The position numbers and the translations under genes are program-made. The notes beneath the pieces are model-generated. The model was given only the letters and a program-made list of their open reading frames with translations, was not told where the DNA came from and made no database searches. A stretch of DNA of 64,000 nt from Raillietiella orientalis (lineage: Eukaryota), in contig JAYWIR010000002.1 in assembly GCA_036172245.1 (NCBI GenBank), positions 6,386,001 to 6,450,000 on the forward strand, read 5' to 3'. Below, one piece after another: positions 52,136 through 64,000 of the stretch; the stretch's first letter is position 1, and the number at the start of each line of letters is the position of its first letter.

Positions 52136-54888
52136 TCATACACAATGAATTTATGGTATGTACGAATTAAAGTCACCTTCTGTTCTCAAGATGCAGTTAT
52201 AGATATTTTCTGAAATGTTAGGAGTTAATTTCAATGCAACTGATTAAATAACAATTAATTGTTAAATTAGATAAACTTCTGCTATGCGATGCATATTGGT
52301 GCTATTCGAAGTTAAACGGAATATAACAGCATTTCCCGTACGCAGGCACGAGGAAACGCATGACGTCATTTTCCTTCTCTATCAGTCCTCCTCATCTTCG
52401 TCTCTTCCAGGACGCTTCCTCGCAGCTTCCACATCGCGGCGTGCGAGTCCGTTTGCAATCACTTCCTCAGGAGAGCCATCGTGGCGAGCGATCAGAGTGG
52501 TCGGCGTGGGTTGTCAGAAGGGGCGACCCACCCAAAACGCCCTCGCTGTGCTGGGCCTTCAGCGACGGCATTTGCGGGTGGTCGCCCGCGGAACGGGAGA
52601 GGTCCCTCCTCGCAGCATCCGCTCGAGCGAGCGGGAGCTCGCAAAGGAGAAGGCGGTCATCAGTCTCATTCGAAGTATTTTGCAAAGCATTGAATTTCGC
52701 ACTCGCTCGGGATGCCGGAAGCGAACGGCGCACCCGCGCTCAGACGGGACCGAGCGTTCAAAGACATTAAGAAACCTTCTTAAGAGCGACCATTTGGAGT
52801 TTCCGCGAGTCCGGCGTACGTGAGAAAGCTTGCGGAATGCCTGGCTGATCAAAGGAGGAATTTCAACTTTGAGTGGTCCTGAAGAGCTCGCTCGAGCCTT
52901 GTTTGTCGGGAGATCCCGCTCGCGACGCGACTGAAGACCTCGGCTAGTTATGCCCAGACAGTTCCTAGAAGGGTCCGCTGTGTGTTCAGCCAGGTTTGGT
53001 TCCGTGACTCGCAATCTTAGGTATTGGCGTTTGAATCGGAAATGCGGCTCCCTGTGATTATTCGGAGGAGCAGGGAGGAGGGAGGATGCGAGCGGTGCTT
53101 GAAGATCGGGTCACGAAAGTGGAACGCACGGGTATACAAGATGTGTTTTGGACTCCCGCAGCACCGTCGTGCGGTGCAGCCGACGGCGTTCCCGGGAACG
53201 CGAGGCGAGGCGCCCGAAATGCCGGGAAATAAATAAACAAGGAATATTTTCGTCAGTTGGTGTTTTCTGATCTGGGAAACACGTGCTGCTGAGGTGCCCT
53301 ATCTACGCAAGCCCCACGGAGCGCAATTACTGTAATTTAGCCGCAGTAACTTACTCCGCTACAAGCTATCGTGAGATCTCAAGGGTGCCTGCGTCGTTTC
53401 AACTCGCATTGATAACAATTTATCATCTTCTGCTGACAGCTGCTGCAATCTTCATGGCTGTATTGAAAAATACTTTTCCCCATAAGTGGTAGGCAGGCTC
53501 TCCAGGAGCTTAAGGAATGGTGTGTCTCAAGAACAGTAATGCAAAACATCTCTCCAGGTAATAAAATCTCATCTCCGAGGAATTCCTGAGGAATCCTTTG
53601 CATTGGCGTTCACATCAGCTCGAGTGGAACAGCAGTAGCTTTTCCTCCCTTCCATTAAGAAGGACTGTCCTAATTCTCGACTGCCGAATCGGCCATGAAT
53701 CTGGTCTCAGATGGAGATCTGCAGCGGAGTGAAATTTCGATTCGTCCAGTTCTCGTTCCGGGAAAACGAGACCCCCATCTTCATCCGCCGTCATCACTCT
53801 TTGCTAATGAAACGCTTCCCTCTCCCGAAACTGGTGCGTACGCTCCATAGGAATCCCTGCATGCTTTAGAAAGAACTCGAAATGAAAGAACTGTTGTTAA
53901 ATCGCTCACATGTAGAGAGCGGAGTTCCATGCGATTCGACGGAGAACCCTAAAAGAACCCCCCGTTCGTTTTTGCATGGCCACCTCACGTAAATTACGAG
54001 TTCTTAATTGCAAGACAACGGCTTTGGATCCGGGGTGGCACAGACCGTGAGTGGTCGGAACATCAAAACCTCCCATGGCGGTCGCCTCGAAAAAACCCTC
54101 TGCCTTCCGCCGTCCTCTCAAATGACGGAATCCTGTGCGTCTCTCATAGTCACCTAAGGTCAGAATAGGAGATTCCAGCTGAGACCTGAAGTTTGGGGGA
54201 CGTTCACAAAATCCATACTCATCCAGCTGCATCCCATCTTTTTCCGGAAATATTTGTGGAACAGTGTGCATGTTCAAAGGGACATGTAGGTCAGGTCGAT
54301 GCCCACTCGGCAAGAAATCTTTCCCGCCCACTTAGCACGAAGTCGGTGGTCCAGTCCGTATTTAACAAATCACTCATTTGGGGTCCCCTTGCGCTTCCTC
54401 GCAAGCACCACGCCCTCGGTCGCAATAACTGGGGAAGTAAAGCAATAGATCAATAGTAATGAGAATTTGATTTTGGCAATGAATCCGCCAAAGACCTCGG
54501 CAACCCGTAAGAGAGGAACACTTCCCGGGCTGGTGCGCTCGAACCGATTAAAGCCGTGCATCTCTCGGAAAACTCGGGATTCGAGCTTAAACTGCAGTCT
54601 TCCAGCATGGAGCCCGCGGCGCAACTCTTTTTGCAATGACCTGCGACCTTCTCGTTCACACCTAACGAGCCTGCATGACACTTACCTACGAGGAAACTTC
54701 GGAGACCTCCAGAGGTCTTCTCGGACGTTGCATTCCTCCCTCGTCCTGGAATCCTTCCATCAGTTTCGGATTTCCTAATGACCTCATGCACGCCCTAGTT
54801 TCCCCGTGATGCCTCTTTACTTGCTGAGTCATGTTGTTTTCTCCTCAGGACTGGAGTGTCAAAGCTTTACTGGAATTTGTATTTTCAG

Positions 54889-55079
54889 AGATCCAAAACT
54901 ATTACGTTCCTAGAACGATAACGAGCAAGAAAAGCGTTGCTGAGTACATAACTCGTCGTGTGCTTTCTACTCAGATGATTGAAGTCCATTTCAAGAACAA
55001 TTCCAGAGTGAATTTCAGAGTGAACATTGGCCACTCCGCATACCTGAACTGCAATGCTTCCAACATTGCAGACAAAGAG
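54889..55079 (+). CDS. Internal coding exon of a dpr-like (defective proboscis extension response / zig-8-like) Ig-superfamily cell-surface protein; start of Ig domain 1
   Basis: Acceptor ttttcag at 54882-54888 and donor GAG|gtaatt at 55080; 191 nt, phase 1 in and phase 0 out. Translation ...VHFKNNSRVNFRVNIGHSAYLNCNASNIADKE matches the dpr pattern F...NVT..VG.SAYL.C.V.NL..K followed by an intron before VSW. The other exons were not found in the window. Confidence 0.72.
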
Positions 55080-56199
55080 GTAATTTTCCATATACTTGGG
55101 TTTGGAGCTGAATTTGTTTGCGTATCGACAACAGCAAAAGAAATGTGTCTTAAGAAGTCCTGTGCCGTCTAAAAGAGAAAAAAAAAAAAAAAGAAGGAAA
55201 AAGAGGTGGATAGAATGCGTATCGCAGGAATTCGAATTTGGGAATCTATTTGCACTGTTCTCGATCTGATTTGTTTCCTTACTGTATTTGTGGGACGAAA
55301 AGGAAATGCACACGATTTATTGCTTTTGGACATTTCTGGCTACTTAGCCCCGCTTGTTTTGAACGGTTTATTGCTTATTCCGATGGTGCATTGAGAGATG
55401 CACGTTCGAGACAGCAATCTCGCTCCGTTCTTCTTCCTGTACTTTTTCCACATGGAATTTCTCGCATGTAAATTTTCTGGCGAGCTTTGAAAATTACCTC
55501 GCATCTCAATAGATGGCAGCAGGAGAGTGGGCAGCCATAACGGGCGGAAACGTACGTGCGGTTTTCAAAGTAGCGTAGCGATCGTATGCAGAGTTCATCT
55601 TAAAGGCTCGATTTAGGCAGGGGGACGGCTGTTAAAAGTGCCGCTGATACAGCTAATTGAACTTTTACAGCGTGCAAAGATGAATAAATACTCCAAGTTA
55701 GGGAATGGGAATACACTTGTGGTAAGGTCCGAAACCGAGGTGTTTAACCGAAAGGATAAGAAAGGAAGGTCGCATAGGAAGAACATTCCCTCTTTAGCCC
55801 TCGGATGAAGGGAACGTGAGGAACGAAACATGTGACCGGATCAGAGATCCGGCAAAGCCATTTACTGCCGTTCTCGACGTTCCCCACCAAGAAAAACAAG
55901 AATAAATGAAAACCACTCTGTAAGAAGCCTTTCTACTCCCGTGACGAGTTCAGTTTAACCCACTGAGGGAGGTCACAACGAGCAGCACATCAGCATAATC
56001 TCGCTTTCCGAAAGGGGAGGTGACCTGATTGCATTTTCGGGTGTCATGGTTTCCTCATCTGAGGAACATCCCTGTGCCCGTGTCACGTAGTTCCGATCCG
56101 CGCGGAAGCGCCGAAGGGCTGAACAAGTATCCTCATTGCTGGTGTTCTTCGTGTTTGCGCACAGCCCGTTTGTCCTGCGTGAGCATGTAACTAGGAAGC

Positions 56200-56500
56200 A
56201 GGCAGTCACACCTGTACGGCGGCAAAGGGGGAGCGCGCTTGCGCCTGCGGCAGGGAGGACAAGACCCGACAGCTCGATGGCGAAGAGCGATTTCTCACTC
56301 AGGACCGTTATCCATCCCACTGCAATAAAAACAACCAAAAAGGGAAAAACGCAGATTTTTCTGGAAAGCTTACTTGGTTTCGTGGCTAGCATGCCATTTG
56401 CAAGTACGGCGAGATCACAGCTTTCTCACGATCGATTCACCAAAGCCCCGCTGAGAAGTTTCGAGCAGTTGCAAGAAGCTACGGATCAGACGCAAGAGGG
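56200..56500 (+). mobile_element. Decayed Gypsy RT-connection fragment
   Basis: MAKSDFSLRTV..KTTKKGKTQIFL..MPFAS..RSFEQLQEA. Confidence 0.35.
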
Positions 56501-59500
56501 AAAAGATCCTCAGAAGTAGGCAAGAGGTCAAGAGGGCTCGCTGCTCGTCGCAGAAATCGGGCAGAGCGCTTTCAAGGGTGCAGCAAGATGATTCCGGAAT
56601 CTTGGTAATGATATGGAACACTAATTACGACGAGGCCCTCAGTCTGCAACAGCTGCGCGATGCTCCAGCCCATAATGAGCTGAAAAGGTCGAGGAATGAT
56701 AGGTTCGCTGGGGAATGATAAGTTTGACGAAAACTCATCATTCCTGAATTTACAACCAAAAAGAAAAAAAAAGCCTTTCAGTAACCAGGAAACGAAATCA
56801 TAAGGCCTCACCGATATCTGCTCACGAAAACACGCAAAGATATCTCAGAGCTCAGAAACACGAGTCCGAAATGATCGTGCGAAGACAGCTGAATTTCCAC
56901 ATGGAAATTTGTGGTCCTCTATACAGGATAACGAGCTCAACCAGGCTTACGGGTGGATGAAATCAAAGCTCCACGTATTACAAAATTCTTTTGGAATTGT
57001 GGAAAACATGGATTGCGTGATGTTTAATTCAAGCTGTTAAAATCACCTTGAGGTTTCCTCATCTGTCGGGAATATTCTTCATGCCCTCCTCACCTCCAGA
57101 TAATCAAGAAAAGATCGTTTATGTTCAACCATCCCGAAGATAAACATCAGCTGGAAGAACGGAAGCTCAGGATGAATGATAATGAATGATAATCAAGAAG
57201 TTAGTGGAGGGATATTCCTGCTGCCGCTGCTTCCATTTCGGGGAAAGACCTTCTCGTCATGGCGGAAGGTGGGAAAAGGTCCAAACGTTTCTTTATCTGG
57301 ATTTGGACTCTTAGCCTCGTAGGATGGAAGCGCGGAAGTCCTTTTTTTCCCCTTCTGGTGTACAGGTTTCTCTTCGGCGCGGGGATTCCCCCCCACCCAC
57401 CCCCCGAAAAGCAGTCAGCGGATCCGGCGGAGTGAGTTTCCCGCGCTCGCCTTCATATTTTCCTCCACATCTTCGCTGGCTTTTAAAATTCTCAAGCCAC
57501 TGTGGCAGTAATGTAGTCTTCCCGGGGAAAATCTTTCAAGAAAAGTTTCCATCAGAATGGCAGCCAAGGCCAACGGGAACTTCCGATCCCGTCTTTTAAC
57601 ATTTTCAATTAAAACCTCACGCCGTCTCGAAAGTTTCGACTTTCGAAATGCGGTGGCTGCATCCATCGATTTTTAATGAAAGCCACGAGCTCGGAATTAC
57701 ACACTGACAACTGAACTTTTCAGCAAGAACTATGCCTGCATTCCCAGTCTCATTTTTTTGTCAGAGCTCTCAATGACTAATCAAATTTTAATGCAGTCGT
57801 GCGGGCATTTTTTCGCTGTAATTGGAGGAATCGGGACGACTGCATCCGGCCTTCCTTATTATTTCATCTCCCAATCAATCAGCTCCGTCCACAGCCTCCA
57901 TGCATTTTAACGGGATTCGGGAGTGAGACTCCTATTCGAAGGTTACACTAAATTTCCATCTTCGTTCTTTTCTTCGGCTGTCATAGGCACCACCAGGATG
58001 ATCTTTTGTTGCAATCTTCTCTCATTTGCTCTGGTGCCAGAGAATTTTCCCTCCCCGTGAGGCTTTCAGAGAATCCGTTGGAGCAGCATAGCAAAAGCGA
58101 ATTCTTTTACCAGAATTTCGAACATTAGCTCGCATTTTCAACAGTTCGCGGTCCGCCTTTTGCTGAGGTCTCTGAGGCTATCTAGCATCGGCACAGCTAG
58201 AAGTCTTACACCTTACTAGGGATCGTACCGATCGCTCTTATCCAATCTTGCGCAATCGTATCTCTTCCCACGATGGTACCGTACTCGGTTCCAGAGGCGG
58301 TGCCGCGTTGGGCACTTTCCTCGATTTTGCCTCACCTTACCCAGTGGCTCTCCCCTATTCAGTTGAATTCACAGATTTGGGTCCGACCGTATCGGAAATC
58401 TGCCCAGAATGGACACTTCCTCTTTCCACAGGAGCACATTTAAATTTAAAATTTCATCACTGAAGCTCACATCCGTCGTTTTCATGATGGAGTGCTTTCG
58501 ACGATGGGTGAGAAATCGACAGCAAAGGTTTCTATAAGGAGCGTTTTCAAAGACCGCGTCGATCCGTTCGCGTCCACCGTACAACATTTGCAATCGAGCA
58601 ACTACCAGCAGATGACCATGAGAATGTGCCAAAGGTCGCAATCACCACCGATGTCCCACTTTTCGGAAGAGCACAAGTTCAAGAATCTGAAGCTTGATGC
58701 GTTTCTTTGGTTGAAAGGCCGCAATAAAGGTACTCAATGGCGAATCACAGTGACCTTTGTACGAGTCGCCCAGCCTCATCGACACCCCTTGGTTCATGCT
58801 TCTTTGACCCAGCATTCACTCGAGTGAGTAACTGAATCTGTTCCAGAGACGGTTGTTTATCGTATCCCTATAGCAGGCAAGAGAAAAGAAAAAAAAAAAA
58901 AAAGACAGAATAAAGGATTTGACGATTATTTTTCTGCGCGGTACCTTTTTCAAAGAAAACATCGCGAGGAAGGTCACTTACCCTGGGGATCTAAACTCCA
59001 ACACAGCAGGTTGCACCGCAGAAAGCTGTTGCACACTGAGGGTCAAGTGCTCTCAAATCTGAAAACCTCATGTCGCAGTTGCAGTCCGGGTCGTGTGGCT
59101 CGGTGCATTGATGCCAAGACAAAGGAAGGACTTGGGAAGGAGGACAACTCTGATCGTTGCCCGAGAACTTGGGTTTCCGTTGTTACTGTTAAGAACCAAA
59201 TGGCAGCAGAGAAGCTGATGTGACCGCTCGAGTGCTTTCACATGCGTTAACGAGGCGGTTGTTCTATTTTTTTTGTGTGCTTTTTTTTTTGCAAGCCAAA
59301 AAGAGCGAATAGGAACGAATTTTCCGAACACGCGTCCCTATTCCTCTCCCGGCAAACACGCGTCTATGGTGCACAGGAGCGCAGGTTTTCAAGAAAGCTC
59401 CAAGCTTAGTACGTTAGGAGTCACCGTGCCACGTTCCAGGAATAGGCTAGTTGAAGAACCACAGGGAAGCACTTTGCATATTTCATTCTGTAAGGACTGT

Positions 59501-60209
59501 CAGCCTTTAAAAATGGACACCCATTTCTTTGTTATTCGAGTTGGGGATTTGGAGCTGAAAAGATCTCACTTTGAGTGTCTTCTAGAATGCGCTGTCTTTC
59601 CCTTTGCACGTGAAGAGCATTTTTATTGCTTTCCTTGCCAAAGCGTCTTTTTCTGATGTCTGAGTCGTCGAGCCATGCTGCCTTTCCGTGGTGAAGATTG
59701 CAAACTCTGTATCATCGTGCGGCAAGCAAGGTCTTGCTGTTTCGAGCTTCCAAGGGACTGTCCTTTTTCTTGGTTTGTCGAGGAAGGAAACACGGCTGTT
59801 ACAGTTTCAGGCTGGGCATTCGCAGCTGGTTCCAAAAATAGCAACCGATCTTCAAGAGTGTCACCTTAGCTGTGTTCTTAGCATGTTTTCCCCTGAGGCA
59901 CCAGCGATTCCCAAGCGGGGATACCCGATTGCAATGGGAGAAATCCCCGAAGTGCTCTACCTAGTCGCTCCCGAAAAATTCTTTCGCTGCCGAGTTGCTA
60001 ATTCAGAATAGGGATTTTGAGACTCTCACGTGTTGCCTACATTCGAGAGTTTTTTTCTTGTTTTTGCAAGCTCGGCGAGCTCAGGCAGGCAGGTGGCCAG
60101 CTGATGTGATCACGTGACAAAACCGCTCTCTGGAGTGAAGCGCTTTAAAGGTGACCACATCATTCAACCAGGAGATTTACAGCTTGTCGAAGAACTCAGT
60201 TTCCTATTG

Positions 60210-60680
60210 GTCGCCGAATCGATGAAAGGATAACCACCGCTGACGTGTCTCGGTGGGCTTAAGCATTCCATGGGGTGCAGTTCTCAGGAGATGATTCCAC
60301 GTCTCCCAGTGCGATGCCTCGAAGACAGCAGCGTTTTCTGCACACGTTCCCGTGTCGGAGTCGAGCAACGTACAGATCGGCCTCGCGTTCCTGTACCTGC
60401 TCCGCGAAGCGAAGATCGTCCTAGGAAACTCTTTCTTCCTCATTTATACGGCGCAAGCGATGCTGTCTGTTCTCTGGGGTGTGCCCTGCCCCTCCCCTGC
60501 CCTCAAAAATCGAAGCCCGACGCTGATCGAGGATTCTGTGCTCCACGCGATGATCCTTTCCCCGCTCTCCCTGTCCTCCCGAGATGTGTGCGATGAGCAC
60601 TCGGAGCAAATGCGGGAAAACTCTGCATCCAGGGGCCGGACCCGCCACCTACGTATCTGTGGAAAGCGTGGCGGCGGGCT
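60210..60680 (-). mobile_element. Decayed Gypsy RT fragment
   Basis: GKDHRVEHRIL..TIFAS...LRTAPHGMLKPTETRQRW (cf. RMPFGL.NAP.TFQR). Confidence 0.4.
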
Positions 60681-61999
60681 CCGGGGCGTGTCCGATCACG
60701 TGACCCCGTCTTTCGAACATCGGCAGGATCTTGCTTCCCTTCCTGACTCAATCACCTCTCGATTGTTAGGTTGTGAACGAGTCTGGTACAGATATGCCCT
60801 TGCACACGCCCCGATCCAAAAGAAGTGCGACCTATTAATCATCCCTCTAAGGATGCGAGAGAGCTGTTTAGGGGAGACATGATGGTTCTACCCCTGACTC
60901 ATTGTCCCTAGATGAGCTCTGCCTTTCACATTTGTCAAGTGTCAAATAATTAATCAGTATCAATAAACGGGATCGTTAATCTGGCTGCCTGTTAATTAGA
61001 TGAACCAAAATAACGGATCAAAAAAACTCAGGGATAGTTAATGCACAGATGAGTCAGTGCCATTACGCTGACTCAGACAGGTAGCTCGAAGACAGCTCGC
61101 AACATCCAGGACACTGTCAGGTTCATTTCGTGAACGCAGGCTTTGAAAGTCCAATGGGCTGTGGGCGCGCATGAATGGGGACGGATAGCCCAAGTCGGAA
61201 TGATAATGGGTGACACTTCAAACAGACCCAGCTGGAATGAGCATTTGTGTATGCTGACGTCAGAGAGGAGTGGATAATATAAATCGTGTGCTGCTCCACC
61301 ACTCTCGGGGGAACAGGAAGAAAAAATCCGAAAGTGCAAGCAGAAAGGAGTGCAGGGTCTTAGGACTCGCGATTTGCATCGCTGGCCGGCGCCCACCGAC
61401 GGAAAATTCTGTAGAAATGTCAAGAAGCTGTGTTTGAGAGATTCGCTCCGTTTCCACACGGCATCCTCATAGCTGAACACCGCGTTCCGAGAGGGAGCTC
61501 CGCGCTCCATCCTCCTGCTTGAGAAACATGAGGTTCCATGAAGCAAACCAATGGCTGGCTTCTTTGGGGAGGCATGAAAGGATGCATTCCCTCTTTCCTG
61601 ATGCGCTTCGGCATCCCATTCTGTGGTTCAGGAGGACCGCGATGCGGGAACACTGAACCTTCTTGGAATTTTGAATTTTTCGTGCTCTCTTCGAAGCACT
61701 CCCTTCCCTCATCAAAAACCACAGAGCGCTGCTCCTGGAACTCACTTTCTGCCTAGTTTTTATTTTTTTTTTAAATTATCCCCTGATTTGGTTGGTTCGC
61801 TCAAGGAGCAAGAGCTTCGCATGATGGGAAAACACAATAAGGACCTCCAGTCCATTTTCCAGTATTTCTTTCCGGGTTTAACAGACGGGGAAAGATGGGC
61901 GTTTCGATGTGGGCGGATGGCGGCGTGCGCTGGCCGCGGTGGCTGCACGAAAATTCGTTAATCTACGGACCGATGAGCTTTCCCTCGCCGGAACACATC

Positions 62000-62150
62000 T
62001 GGTCTTTGAAACAAAAGCGTGTGGAAACCCACCAAATCATTACATAAAGGGATATAAATCCTTTCGAGACATCAACAGCAGGGAACGAGCCTTTATCTTT
62101 TTCTGGGTGCCTGGTCTGCAAGGTACGAACGCAACCATGAAGATCGTAAA
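62000..62150 (+). mobile_element. Possible non-LTR retrotransposon RNase H remnant
   Basis: RAFIFFWVPGLQG resembles I.F.WVPGH.G. Confidence 0.3.
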
Positions 62151-62888
62151 TCACGGGGAAATAAAAACCATTTCAGATGCATACTTTGGTCGAAGTTCAT
62201 TCCAAAAAACAAAAGTGTATAGTGGAAGAGCCTGGAGCAGAAGATACAGAAGGTTGCTTATGATACTCGGGAATTGATTTGGCTGCTGGCACGGCGACCC
62301 GCACACTGAGGCGTTGTGCTGCGAGATCGGGAACAAAGTGCGCCGACGAGTTTTTTTTCTGGAAGGGACTCGTAGGGAGTTGTCGAACAAAGTGTGTGAC
62401 CTGAAAAACCAGCTCCATTCTTGGGGGTCGCCGGAGGGTTGCAGAGACGTGCCGGGCGAGAATCTTTGCGCGCGCAAGCACTTAGGGGGATCAAAGAAGG
62501 CAAGTCAGCGAGCTCAGCAAGTCGGATCTACTGGGGGGCCTACGGTGCCAGGGTGCTGCTTTGCATAAACAGCGTGGCAAAGGAGCGTCGCATTCCCTCA
62601 GACAAAAGGTGGTGACCTTGCAGAGTTCTTTAGGAACACGTAGGGAAATACGTGTGCATCCTGGGTGCGCTCGTAGAGTGGACACATCCGATACGGATGC
62701 ATGGTCCATTCACTTTTTAATTTGCTGGAGATTACTCACTCTTCAGAGGTGTGATGGTGGTCGGCTCGTTTCACTGTCCAGGTCTCGCTTTTCACTGGTC
62801 AACTTCTCCGATGGCCTCGTCTGCTGATTCGGCGTGCTCGTTGGCGCAGGCACTCGGTCTGCTGAGTGACGTCACGTACGACAGAAAA

Positions 62889-63405
62889 TCCAAGCTTGTG
62901 GACTCGAGGACCAGAAAACGCGACACTTTGCGGCACTGCTTTCCCCTGGTGCTTCCGAGATGACGATCCACGAGGATACTGCGAAGTGCGGTGTTCCGTT
63001 CCCGCATTTGTAAAGATTCACGAGTAATGCTTTATTGCTTAAAGTTACAATTTTGCATGGCTTTACAGGTAGAAGAGCTCTTGACATCCTTCTAGGATTC
63101 CTTATCTGTCCATCTGAGGCGCTTGTCGCCCCTCAGCCCTTTGCTTCCTCAGTTTCTTGTCCTCCGTTTTGCGAGAGCTGACCGTTGGGGCTATCTGGAT
63201 ATTGTTGGTCCCTCGTGTGACATGCATAGATGTCCCTCAGCCTGTTGCTTCCTCAGCTTCTTGTCCATGCCTGTGGACTCGAGCCCCAAGAAACGCAACA
63301 CTTCGCGGCGCTGCGTTCCCTTGGTGTTTCGGAGGGGATGATCGACGAGAATGCTGTGAAGTGTGGTGTTCCATTCCTGCATCTGTAAAGATCCATGAGT
63401 GATGC
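62889..63405. repeat. Local direct duplication of 142 bp (62889-63030 and 63264-63405), ~81% identical, ungapped
   Basis: Manual alignment gives 27 differences in 142 nt. Confidence 0.9.
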
Positions 63406-64000
63406 GGAAAGCAAATCGCCACTTCCGGTCTTCAAATGCTGAAAGTTTCTCCAGGAGTGCTTGCACTGATGATCTCCAGCCGGTGAGAATGAGGACACTT
63501 GAACCGCGAATCTCGAGAGGTCCATCCTTTGAGCCCACTTGATTGCTGGGAGGCTGGGAATTTGTTCGGGAAATGACTTTTTCTACGCTGTAACCCATTT
63601 TTTCGGAAATGCGATTCATTTTCCGGATTTCGACTTTTAATCTCAACCCACAAATGGTCTGAAGCCTTCTTCCAAGTGTCTGACTCTAATCTGTACACAT
63701 TACCGCTTGCTCTGTGCTTGATGGCCTCCAGAGGTATGATGGCCGCATTCCGTTAACGAGTTGCGCTCACCTGAGTTTGAACGGATGAATCGCGGATGGG
63801 TATAATGGATTCGCGCTGCGCCAACGCTGACAACCTTGCCATTAGTTTGTCTGGGTCGCGGATGCCACGTGACGCAATCAGATAAGCCGCGAAGATCTTT
63901 TCCGGAGAAATTTCCTATGCAACTGCTTTCGGCTTGTCTTCGAGGTCTCGCGGCCGGAGTTTATTATTATTATTTTCCCTCGAGAATCCGGCGCAGATGT

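Noticed and set aside
56041..56100. GTG TCA TGG (VSW) as the next dpr exon
   Set aside because: Preceded by CGG rather than AG, and the following residues lack the R..D..ILT pattern.
1..64000. CRISPR array, prokaryotic operon or intact transposon/viral insertion
   Set aside because: No regularly spaced repeats, no long coherent ORFs, and no paired LTRs or TIRs with intact enzymes were seen.

Overview
Animal genomic DNA, probably from an arthropod or other invertebrate, judging by the metazoan-type tRNA-Pro, GT-AG splice signals and a dpr-like exon. No prokaryotic operon or CRISPR array is visible, and almost all ORFs in the track are spurious. Two host features are supported: a tRNA-Pro(AGG) gene at 41029-41100 and one coding exon of a dpr-like (defective proboscis extension response) Ig-superfamily gene at 54889-55079. 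Much of the window may therefore be long intron or intergenic sequence. The rest is a dense set of very decayed transposon fragments: at least two Ty3/Gypsy families in many copies on both strands, plus weaker hAT, LINE, DIRS-recombinase and THAP-like remnants. These were recognised only by eye against remembered motif consensus, so boundaries are approximate and confidence is modest. Structural features of note are a near-identical ~965-bp inverted duplication 16 kb apart, a ~530-bp fold-back, a cluster of perfect hairpins at 43.1-43.7 kb, 27-bp direct repeats flanking the tRNA, and a CpG-decay signature in a local duplication. I found no convincing novel intact system.
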